From Nemertoderma westbladi (lineage: Eukaryota; Animalia; Xenacoelomorpha): a DNA stretch of 64,000 bases. The notes beneath the pieces were generated by a model that did not search any database, had not been told where the DNA came from, and worked only from the letters and a program-made list of their open reading frames with translations. This document shows, piece after piece, positions 38,901 to 48,683 of this stretch. The position numbers and the translations under genes are program-made. Where the stretch lies: positions 1 through 64,000 of the forward strand of contig JAUCBJ010009149.1 of the NCBI GenBank assembly GCA_032718475.1. The letters run 5' to 3'. Every line of letters starts with the position of its first letter. Position 1 is the first letter of the stretch.

Positions 38901-40876
38901 TTTTATATAAAACAAGGTTTAATTGTTACTAAGCTCCATAAATTATATTCTTTCCATCAAGACTTTGTATTTAAACCCTATATAGATTTTAATATTAATC
39001 AAAGGAGAATAGCAAAAACGTATATTGAAACAGCTGTTGCAAAGCTTCTGAATAATTCGTTATTTGGAAAAACGATAGAGAAGATAAGGGACCGATGCAA
39101 CTTTCGTATCGCTAATAGTAAAGAGAAGTGCAATTTATTGGTCAAACGTATAAATCACGAAAATTTCATGATTTATAACGATTCCTTATCGGGACATTTA
39201 TTAGTGAAAGACTCTGTAACTCTCGATAAACCAGTCTATGTAGGTAGTACTGTCTTGGACTTGGCTAAATTGGATATGTATCAGCTGTATTACGATAAAT
39301 TGCTACCTATTGAGTAGTGCTGCGAACTGAAACTGAAATTGAACTGGAACTGAAATTGAACTGAAATTGTTTTTGGCAATTTTTGTGAACTGGAACTGAA
39401 ACTAGAACTGAAACACTCATTTTTTTAAAACTGAAACTGAAACTAGAACTGAAACTTGTTATCTTGGAATACTGGAACTGGAACTAGAACTGAATTGCCA
39501 GAAATTTAAAACTGAAAGTATGATCTATAAATTGGGAATAAGAACAAATTTAAAATTCGCGTTTTTAGTGTTCATAAATACTATTTCAATCTTTAATAAA
39601 TAAATGTAATTTGCTTTATTGTGTTGACAGACCTACTACTACTGTATAGAAACGAACAGCCAAATCACTGCAAAGTTCATAAATTTAGTGGGCCTGTTAA
39701 ATAGGCCTATCTTAGTTAGAATCTCTAAAACAATAGGTCTAGATCGTCGAAAATACTTGGCCCTAACTAAATTAGGTCCTCTTTCAGATGATGCAAATAA
39801 AAATTGTAATAGCTCCAGTAGTTTTCGAGATGGGGAGTTCCTGGCACCTATTTTAGCACCTTTCGGAATTGAATTGCTCAAATATATATTTTATTTTAAA
39901 GTAATACATTAATTGTAAACCTAACAATTACCTTTTTGCAGCAAAAAATTCCGGTTGTTTTCATTAAAAATTTAATAAATGGCAGTCGGATCCATCGGTG
40001 GGTACCACACGATTGGCCACGGCAGCTTGTTATGTACCGGTATGTAAACAAAACACTAGCAAAATTTTCTGAACATAGAACTCAAACTACATATTTTTGG
40101 GAACTTGAACCTAAACTGGAACTGAAATAAATAGGTTTATTTGAACTGAAACAAGAACTAAAACTGAAATTATTATTTTTTGGGAACTGGAACTGAAACT
40201 TGAACTGAAATAAACGTGTTTATTAAAACTAAAACTGGAACTGAAACCGAAACAAGTCAAATTTTCTTTCAGTTCGCAGCACTACTATTGAGAAAGAATT
40301 AAACTGTCGAATTGAAATTGTAGCATCAGATACGGACTCTTTAATAGGTTGTTACTATAATACATCGCAGAGTAATTTCTTAAAAGCCTTAATTAAAAAT
40401 AATATTTTAGATACATCCAATTACCCCAAGGATCACCCGCTCTACAGTGATAAAAATAAATCTAGGCTCTATTACTGTAAAGACAAACTAGCCTCACGTG
40501 AAATTAAACAAGCAGTATTTTTAAGACCAAAATTATATTCAATTTTGGAATGGAATAATAAAAATATTCGTAGAGCAAAAGGTATTACAAGAGCTGTTGT
40601 GGAAACGAATATTATACATGAAGAATATTTAAAAGCATATAACTCAAATGAAGAAATAAAAAAAAAATACACAGATTTCAATCTAAATTACATCGTATTT
40701 ATACCTTAAAGCAAAATAAATTTGCACTCAGCAGCTTTGATGATAAACTTTATTGGCTTAATAAAAATCATTCGCTTCCCTGGGGTCACTATCAAACAAA
40801 GGTTGAAAAACCGATAAAGAAAAACAATATACCTATTTATCGGGAACCAAACAATGAACTATCAGATAGTCAATAA
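35936..40876 (+). pseudogene. polB: Protein-primed DNA polymerase B (pPolB), disrupted
   Basis: N-terminal C2H2 fingers, YFDIES exonuclease, endonuclease VII-like HSHITG..AACNACN, KGIFPYEY, DFNSLY, KLLNNSLFGK, SDTDS, RAKGI. Has a ~62-bp deletion at 38444 and a MITE at 39315. Confidence 0.95.
39315..40284. mobile_element. Non-autonomous hAT-type DNA transposon (MITE, 970 bp)
   Basis: 18-bp TIR tagtgctgcgaactgaaa; 8-bp TSD ctattgag; the empty site is visible in Maverick 2 near 61138; many gaactg(a/g)aac subterminal repeats. Confidence 0.92.
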
Positions 40877-41399
40877 GAATGTAAGTTGCCAGCAAGTGTC
40901 AGCGATTAATTTTAAAGAATTAAAAAATCAATTATCTGGTAAACACATACTCAAACCAAATCAGTTTATATATAAGATATTTGGTGCCACATTATTAATA
41001 TTTAAAAATGGTCATATTACATTATTAGGCAGTAAGTATAATTTCCAAAAAGTAAATAAGCATATATTTGATAAAACTAGTATTAATTTGATTTTAAAAT
41101 CTGTTAATTTATGTACTTATATTTTTAGTATTAAGTCTGTAGTCTATAGGTTATTGATAAACAATACCGGGTTTTATGTTGTCTTTGATAATGTACAACT
41201 TCAAGTTATATATGAACCTGAAATTTTTAATAATTGCAAAATAAGAACAAATAATACCGTAGTCATTTGCTGCTTTCATACTGGTAAATGTACTTTAATG
41301 TGTTCACCTAGCAAATTTCACATTTATTACCCTATATTTAGTAAACTTGTTAATTATTTATTAATGTTTGGTGTTGTGACTTTAGGTGTTGGTGATTAG
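40854..41399 (+). CDS. TATA-binding protein (TBP)-like protein, 181 aa
   Basis: Two TBP-like repeats: IYKIFGATLLIFKNGHITLLGSK and YEPEIF...VICCFHTGKCTLM; size equals the TBP core. Confidence 0.8.
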   Translation: MNYQIVNKNVSCQQVSAINFKELKNQLSGKHILKPNQFIYKIFGATLLIFKNGHITLLGSKYNFQKVNKHIFDKTSINLILKSVNLCTYIFSIKSVVYRLLINNTGFYVVFDNVQLQVIYEPEIFNNCKIRTNNTVVICCFHTGKCTLMCSPSKFHIYYPIFSKLVNYLLMFGVVTLGVGD

Positions 41400-41489
41400 A
41401 AGGTGAAAATTAAACATTACTATTTTTCAATCAATCAATCAATCGGTAGTTAGGGAAAACTAACCTCGTTTGAATAAGCATGACTCTCA

Positions 41490-41705
41490 CGGGCTGACTG
41501 CGTGCCTAGCTGCGTAGCTGGCTGGCTGACTGCATGATCAACTGCGAGGCTGCTGCGCGCCGTGAGGCTGGCTGCGTGGCTGGCTGCGAGGCTGCTGCGT
41601 GCCGCGAGGCTGGCTGCGAGGCTGGCTGGCTGCAAGGCTGCTGCATGCCACGAGGCTGACTGCGAGGCTGGCAGCGATGCTGCTCTGACTGCGTGGTTGA
41701 CCGCA
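41490..41705. repeat. GC-rich short repeats (gcgaggctggct-like)
   Basis: Variable copy number relative to 62340-62490. Confidence 0.8.
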
Positions 41706-42790
41706 TCCCATGACTGTGTACACATCTGATTATATCCGGCTCACGATATTGTATACAATGAATTAGTTTGTTACTGCGGGTGCTGTTACATTAATACTGT
41801 GGTACCGGTACCGTACCGCAGTACAATGCTAATCAAAGGAAATCAGTATGCTCTATCTGACAACGCAGTTACATCAAGAACAGCGACAGTAGGCCTACTG
41901 CAGTACTGTATTGTTTGAGTAGGTGATCTAATCCCTATATGTGAGACTCCTGCATGTAATCTAGGTTATGACAGCAGTAGGCCTATGCTAATCAAGGTTT
42001 GGGTAGACAGCAGTATCCTTATAGGTGAAAAAAAAAAACAAATGCTATTGCATCAGATTACTGCTGTACTGATAAAGTGGATGACAGTTGTGGATAGGAG
42101 CTGTGAGGTTGACTGCATCCCCGCAACGTGGCTGACTGCATACACATCTGATTGTAACTAGCTCACGATATTGTATACATTGGTTTAGTTTGTTACTGCA
42201 GGTACTGTTACATTAATACTGCAGTACAATGCTAATCAAAGGAAATCAGTATGCTCTATCTGATTATGCTGTTACATCAAGAACAACGACAGTACAGCAG
42301 CACTGTATTGTTTAGGTAGGGGATCTAATCCCTATATGTGAGACCCCTGCATGTAATCTAGGTTATGACAGCTGTAGGCCTATGCTAATCAAGGTTTAGG
42401 TAGACAGCTGTATCCTTATAGGTGAAAAAAAACAAACAAATGCTATTGCATCAGATTACTGCTGTACTGATAAAGTGGATGACAGTTGTGGATAGGAGCT
42501 GCGAGGCTAGCTGTGAGGTTGACCGCATCCACGCAACGTGGCTGACTGCGTACACATCTGATTGTAACTAGCTCACGATATTGTATACATTGGTTTAGTT
42601 TGTTACTGCAGGTACTGTCGTACCGGTACTGCAGTACAATGCTAATCAAAGGAAATCAGTATGCTTTATCTGATTATGATGTTACATCAAGAACAGCGAC
42701 AGTACAGCAGTACTGTATTGTTTGGATAGGTGATCTAATTCCTATATGTGAGACCCCTGCTTGCATCAGATTACTGCTGTACCGATACCA
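41706..42790. repeat. ~410-bp tandem array (~2.6 units) between convergent Maverick gene blocks
   Basis: tacacatctgatt...ctcacgatattgtatac near 41719, 42141 and 42551. Confidence 0.85.
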
Positions 42791-43216
42791 CTAGACAGAA
42801 ACTACAGTGTTGGAAGAGTAAAACACTACCGGTACTGATAAAGTGAATGACAGTTGTAGATAGGCCTATAATTTATCAGTACCGGTACCAACAGGTTATC
42901 ATTACACCCTATACAGATTATGTTGCATTTTCTGACTAATATTACTAGTCAACTACTGTATGTGTTATTAGTTTGCGATGTATAGGCTGTTTCACAATAC
43001 CAGTACATCTATATTAGAATGATATCGAGAATACTTACTGTACATGTTACGTCTACATCATATTGTTAAATGTGTATAGTTAACCTAGCGCAATTGACTC
43101 TTTTTTAGAGAACTTGTTGTAAAAAATTATATTTTATTATATTTTTTATATTAACATCAAGATCATCACTAAAATAAAATTATATTATCCCATCACATTA
43201 CATGCTTAGAGTAAAC

Positions 43217-43819
43217 CTACAGTACATCTTCCACTGCAGTTATTTCTTTCTGTTTATCATCGATATCAACAGTTGCAGTTAAACGCTTTCTCATGAAAAA
43301 GTGTAGAGCCTCATACCCGCCAACACGTTTTGCTGAGCAGTATCGCAGACAGTTATCCCTTGTGTTTAAGTGAAACATGCATTTATTTTCTACTGTAGTA
43401 AATCGGTCGTGGAACCGGCATGGGGTTAAATAATCGTGATATTGCTTATATATTCCCAATTTCTCAACTGAATTTGGCGCGAGAACATCGAGTTGGGTGT
43501 TTAATATTGTCCGCTTCATCAACCCAAATACATGAATATTTTTTTTATATTTTAAATGTCTCTTCATATATTTTTTAAAGTCGTCTTGCGAAATGTCTCC
43601 ATAGTTCCAGGGCAAGTGAGAAGTCATATCACGTAAATTGTTTACGTGGGCTGCATCTAAAGCTGATAATTTAATATTAGGTGGGCCTTTAATTAAAAAC
43701 GTCTTTACATTAGTTTTGGTGTAATTAGAATCGAAAATAGCAAATTCTTTAAATACTACCGGATACTCCTTATTGTCTATCTTATAATATTGAAAATCAA
43801 CAAAAATAATATTATCCAT
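43217..43819 (-). CDS. Putative DEDD/Maelstrom-like nuclease-fold protein
   Basis: IIFVDFQ..FKEFA, LPWNYGDI and C-terminal C..H..CSA resemble a recurrent Maverick accessory family. Confidence 0.55.
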   Translation of the reverse strand: MDNIIFVDFQYYKIDNKEYPVVFKEFAIFDSNYTKTNVKTFLIKGPPNIKLSALDAAHVNNLRDMTSHLPWNYGDISQDDFKKYMKRHLKYKKNIHVFGLMKRTILNTQLDVLAPNSVEKLGIYKQYHDYLTPCRFHDRFTTVENKCMFHLNTRDNCLRYCSAKRVGGYEALHFFMRKRLTATVDIDDKQKEITAVEDVL

Positions 43820-43850
43820 TTTATCTGATAAACAAAAGTTAAATAATTAA

Positions 43851-44306
43851 TTACAAAGTTTGTTGGTTTAATTTATAATAATTAACAAGCCATTTATATA
43901 ATAATATTTCATTGATTTCCACATTATTTGTAAATGCCCTCATTGGATAGATTGTGTGAATACGATTTACCAAATAATAAAGACAGTACAGACCGCATGT
44001 GGTCCTCCGGGGGTCTTGAAATTGTTTGCGTGTAGTACGCCACCTCGCGGAATTTTTCTCAAGCCATTTTTCGATGCATCTATTTGGATATTTTGCTCCA
44101 AACGAGTCAAATACTTCAGCCTCATTATCTCGTATATATATCGCGATCCAATGAATCCCAGGCAGATGCTGTTTATCGGTATTTACTATTAGCCCATAAT
44201 CCCGCCGCTTATTATTATTATCTAATTTAGGTAATTTGTTAGCTGGAAACGCTCCCAAATAGTGACCACCCACTGGAAACATATCAAGGTCCTCTGTAGA
44301 TAACAT
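43851..44306 (-). CDS. Adenain-like cysteine protease
   Basis: IVNTD..PGIHWIA..FDSFG..Q..TTCGLYC (H-D-Q-C). Confidence 0.93.
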   Translation of the reverse strand: MLSTEDLDMFPVGGHYLGAFPANKLPKLDNNNKRRDYGLIVNTDKQHLPGIHWIAIYIRDNEAEVFDSFGAKYPNRCIEKWLEKNSARWRTTRKQFQDPRRTTCGLYCLYYLVNRIHTIYPMRAFTNNVEINEILLYKWLVNYYKLNQQTL

Positions 44307-44308
44307 AC

Positions 44309-45568
44309 TTAATCGATATGTATTTCTTTCCTGCTATTTAAACTTAATGATTGATCATAAATATTAAAAACGATTACATTTATGGTTTCAACCAACGGTT
44401 CGGCAAATCTTAATTTTAATTGGCCGTTAGTATATATAGAGGGTTGCGGATCTCTAACATAACCATCAGCGGTTAGGTCCCAGGATAGGAGGGGACAATT
44501 ACCTAAGTAGGTTTCATGGTCTATATTATTACCCCCATAACCGTTAATATATGTATTAATGTTTTTCATTAATTGAGTATACTCAAAAATATATGTTCCA
44601 TCTGTAAAATTAGGCTCGTATATTACACCCCCTACTGGAAGACCGTCTACAATCAGTTCCGCGCGTCTAAGGTTAAAATGTTCAAATTTCAATGGATTAC
44701 TAATTAATTCTCCCGAATAAGCGTTATTTGTTATGAAGCCGATAATAACTAATTTGGGTTTTTTACCATCAAATATGTTTGTTTGGGTGTAATTTGTGAT
44801 TTGCGCGGGAATAGTAAATGTAGTCGCCTCTTTCTTTTAGAATTGATATTCAATATCGTAACTCTCTAAACCTTTTAGGTGACTGCTTTCTATTACAGGA
44901 TTAACCTCCATTCTAGGGATTAGAATTTTTATTTCATCTAATTCTAGACGAAGATTTGTCACGGCGTTTGCGTTTGGAGTGATTTTAAAAATAAACGAAT
45001 TTGATACTTTTCTAAAATGCATTCTTAAATCATACCCAGGTTGTATTATTTTAGTTTCAGTATCAAAATCAATCGTCAATCCACTTACAAATTGCATTTG
45101 TTTACTAAAGGCATCGCCAATAGGATGCGTGCCAGCATTAATTTCATTTCCGTGTTCGGATAAAGGCTGTTGAAAACCGCCCGCCCCCAGTAACCCATTT
45201 TTATCCTCGTAAGTTGTAAATAGTAAATTGGATAAGTACGACTTGTATAAATAATGGTTATTGCTATTTTCAACCTGCTTCTCATTAAGGTCTATTTTAA
45301 TATCACTCCACATAGTTTCAGCTGGGTAATTCAGCATATATATATGAGAGTTTTCAAGTTGCCTATCCCAGCGTACTGTACATTTTGTAATTAATAACGC
45401 ATCTTGCAGTTTCGTATAGAATTCATTGGATCTTGGGACAAGGAACGTGACCTCCCTAGATTCAGTTCGGAGATTGGATACTGGATAAATTGTTTCATAA
45501 TGCTTTGCTTTAAATTTAGTCTGTATTGGTTGTGTAGAAAATAAATCTAATTCCTTAATAATTGACAT
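44309..45568 (-). pseudogene. Major capsid protein (double jelly-roll, PY), ~419 aa with one in-frame stop at 44837-44839
   Basis: ELDLFS..IQ..IYP start and WDLT.D..L.LRF..PL..I.VIV end; the two ORFs are in the same frame. Confidence 0.85.
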
Positions 45569-45570
45569 TA

Positions 45571-46137
45571 TTAAAAAATACTTTTTTCGCAGTGTTTCAG
45601 TTTGCCTTTTTTTATATTTCTCTTTTTACTACGTCGATGAGGTATGTTCATAGACATTGGTTGTCTAGTCGGTCGCTTTAAATCTCTATAAACTTTTTCT
45701 ACAACAGATCTGGTTGATGGTTTCATTTTATTTAATGCTTTATTAATAACCGTATTAGCCTGCTGATGTAAGACTCGCTTGCCTTTTGGTATTACGTGTT
45801 GTCTCATAAATTTTGTGGTAAATGGTAAAGCTTTTTGTAACACTTTTTTAGCTAATGGTTTACCAAATTTTTTCAATGTAGATAAAGCATCTGTAAATAT
45901 ACCTTCCCCGTGTTGATTTGTCCTCATACCTCTAGGATAACGTTGAAAACGACGTTGTTTTAAGTTTGGACCAAATGCACCAATTTGTTGACCGTAAGGG
46001 TCAATATATGAACCACCTCGAAAAACAGGAACTTGCGTCGAGCCTCTGGTACTTCTTCCGCCTTTAAAAACAGCAAGGTTAGAGTCTAAACCCCCATATT
46101 GTGGTTTACTGTATCTTTGAAATAAATCGGAATCCAT
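45571..46137 (-). CDS. Basic core/DNA-condensing virion protein
   Basis: K/R-rich; QYGG, QIGA and QHGEGIF motifs; directly upstream of the major capsid gene. Confidence 0.7.
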   Translation of the reverse strand: MDSDLFQRYSKPQYGGLDSNLAVFKGGRSTRGSTQVPVFRGGSYIDPYGQQIGAFGPNLKQRRFQRYPRGMRTNQHGEGIFTDALSTLKKFGKPLAKKVLQKALPFTTKFMRQHVIPKGKRVLHQQANTVINKALNKMKPSTRSVVEKVYRDLKRPTRQPMSMNIPHRRSKKRNIKKGKLKHCEKSIF

Positions 46138-46138
46138 T

Positions 46139-46993
46139 TTAATTTATTTTTTTAAAGTGTAAGGTAATACAAGTTGTCCCGTATTCAAAATTCAAATCTT
46201 TTCCTTGTTTGTCTGTTATTTCAATATGAATGTATGTTATCTTATATGATTTTTTTACTGGGATATAATGAATTGTATCCTTGGCAAATTCTTTATTTAT
46301 TACACTACCATATTTCACGTCATCAGGTATTGCCACGCGACGAAGTAAAGCTAAGCCAAAATCGTTAATATATTGATTTTCAATTATATTAGTAGTCACG
46401 TACATGTTCGACTTAGGTTCTGGAATAGAGTTGGGTGGTTGGGGGCATAAAAATACCATCTGGAAAGTTTTTTCTTCATTTCCGATAACCTTTATTAAAT
46501 AACCCTTTATATTATTTTTCGTCTTCAAAATAATTTTAAAATTTGGATTTAAATTCGCACCGAGATTATTTTCAGTAATTCCAAAATAATAGGCTAATTG
46601 TTGACCTATAAATAACTCTCGCACCGCTTTCCCTAAAATAAATTGCAATCTATTTTGCTGAGTATTTTCAACTATTTGTAATTTATCTTTCAACGCCCCT
46701 GTGTTAAAATAATCTATAATGTCATTGATACTGTAGAACAAACCGGATGGAAGTGTATCCTCAAAAATTTTTTTCCCTTTTTTTAATAAAATAACATTCT
46801 CTACATTGTTATATATGGATGGCAACGTTGCTAAGTAAAATATACTTTTTATACCTACCACCCAGTTTTCGTTTGGGTTTATAGGTAAGGCTCTATGTAA
46901 GTTGATCTGATAATTACTAGCGCTATTGCGGGGAAAATCAATTGGGCAGGAGTTACTCGGCAGCCTTACGTAGAATTCATCCATCACCACCAC
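46139..46993 (-). CDS. Minor capsid (penton) protein 2
   Basis: FYVRLPSNS..FP.N..Y..L, W.VG, YVTTNII..Q..LLRRV, YIPV..I.I.D..G..F..ITLHF. Confidence 0.82.
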   Translation of the reverse strand: MVVMDEFYVRLPSNSCPIDFPRNSASNYQINLHRALPINPNENWVVGIKSIFYLATLPSIYNNVENVILLKKGKKIFEDTLPSGLFYSINDIIDYFNTGALKDKLQIVENTQQNRLQFILGKAVRELFIGQQLAYYFGITENNLGANLNPNFKIILKTKNNIKGYLIKVIGNEEKTFQMVFLCPQPPNSIPEPKSNMYVTTNIIENQYINDFGLALLRRVAIPDDVKYGSVINKEFAKDTIHYIPVKKSYKITYIHIEITDKQGKDLNFEYGTTCITLHFKKIN

Positions 46994-47849
46994 CCCGTAT
47001 TAACTTAAGTGTTATAACAGTGCGACCTCCGCTGAAGTTAATTAATTGGCCTTGGCCGTCACGTAAAGTAATTAATATTGTTTTTAGTTTTTTATTCAAC
47101 AATGGGAAATAGCAAATGCTCTCGTATTCGTGATTAATATATTTTCGATTTAATTGCGTTAAAGGGCAGGTTCTTAAGAGCGGAGCTAAAGCGTCGCCAA
47201 CAAATGAGCTCTTAATAATATCTGTGTATATGAAAATTGTGTCTTTAGTACGTGTTATATTTGTGGGAGCTGGAAAATCTAAAATGCCAATTTCCGAAAT
47301 TTTTGGTCCACTATAATTTAAAATTAATATCGGTTGTTCTTTATTGCTTAATTCATCTACTGTAGTGGTACTGTATATATCCCAATTCGGAATATCTGGA
47401 TGATTCCGATCCAATAACGGATTTAAGCCTAGAATTTGTATTAAATCGCCACGTAGACTTAATTGTATTTTTTTCAACTTTTTAGGAAATTTAAATTTAA
47501 TTCTAGAATTATTTGTATTAAAAATGAATTCGAAATCTCTATATTTCGCTTCAGAATTAAACAGTTTATTTATATCATCAATAATCACTCGAATAGAGTT
47601 ATGCATACCAGGAAATAAACTATATAATTTGGCATCTTTTGCATCTACCCCGATTGACAGCGAAATTTGAGTTTGCAGCGTAATATTACTGTATGTTGCT
47701 TGATATTGAAGTTCGGCAAGTCCAACTTTGGCATTTGGACCAATATATAATTCTTCGGCTAAATCAACAGTAAACTCACTAGGATTATTATTGGGATAAG
47801 TGTTCAATGAGCTATCTGAAAGTAGAGTGATATATGTATCTGTGGCCAT
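46977..47849 (-). CDS. Minor capsid (penton) protein 1
   Basis: YITLLSDSS..YPNN..FTV.L, VGLAE, IYTDII..VGD..APLLR, YFPL..I.LRD..G..INF..G. Confidence 0.85.
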   Translation of the reverse strand: MATDTYITLLSDSSLNTYPNNNPSEFTVDLAEELYIGPNAKVGLAELQYQATYSNITLQTQISLSIGVDAKDAKLYSLFPGMHNSIRVIIDDINKLFNSEAKYRDFEFIFNTNNSRIKFKFPKKLKKIQLSLRGDLIQILGLNPLLDRNHPDIPNWDIYSTTTVDELSNKEQPILILNYSGPKISEIGILDFPAPTNITRTKDTIFIYTDIIKSSFVGDALAPLLRTCPLTQLNRKYINHEYESICYFPLLNKKLKTILITLRDGQGQLINFSGGRTVITLKLIRGGGDG

Positions 47850-48683
47850 TATTATTATTATTTAAGCTCGCTCTCTCTACTTGACTCCTTTGTACATACA
47901 GTATAATGTTAAATTATAGACATCTGTGACCACGTTCATCGCCGCATCTTCTACAGTATATGCGAGGGATCAATATTTTACTGGCTTTATTTAAAGCGGA
48001 TGAACTATATAGTATAGTAATATCATTCGAGTTAATATTGATTAATTACGGTCATATGCGACCAAAATGAATTAATATACAGTATAAACCTAAGCTTATT
48101 GAATATGCTGTACCCAGGACTGTTTCTTGGATCCGATGAATCGGACTAAATATTCTTTCTTCCCATTGCGTACACGTTCTTTAAGTTTGCCAATATTTTT
48201 TTTGTCAATTGCTAGATAAATATTACTATTCGGGTGGACCTTTTGGAGTTCGTGAGAATAAAATGAGCCCTTTATTATAGCTCCGGTGCTGTCCTTAATA
48301 TCGAACATTACCGCTGGTACTCTATCCAACCTGACCCGATGAATAATAAATAATTCACGTGTCCATTGTTCTCGATAGCCTTTAGCAAAAGCAGTACGAG
48401 CAATAGATAATCGTACTGTATCTCCAACTTTAAATTTTATTTTCTTGTGATTTATCTGTCTATATTTCCCATATAATCTATTCATTAATTCAGTTTCATT
48501 AAATTTATTAACTTCAATAGGTGTCATTTGTATTGTTCTATGATACGACCTATTATAAGCCAAGATAAGCTTAGGTAAAATTTTTATCTAAATATTATTT
48601 CCCCTTTGCGTGAAAATTTTGAACATCTTTGTTTTTAAGGTTCTGTTAAATCTCTCGACAATAGCCGCCTTATTCACAGAATA

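Noticed and set aside
41450-41725. Ala/Ser/Gln-rich minus-strand ORFs
   Set aside because: They derive from GC-rich short repeats and the frames are not conserved in Maverick 2.
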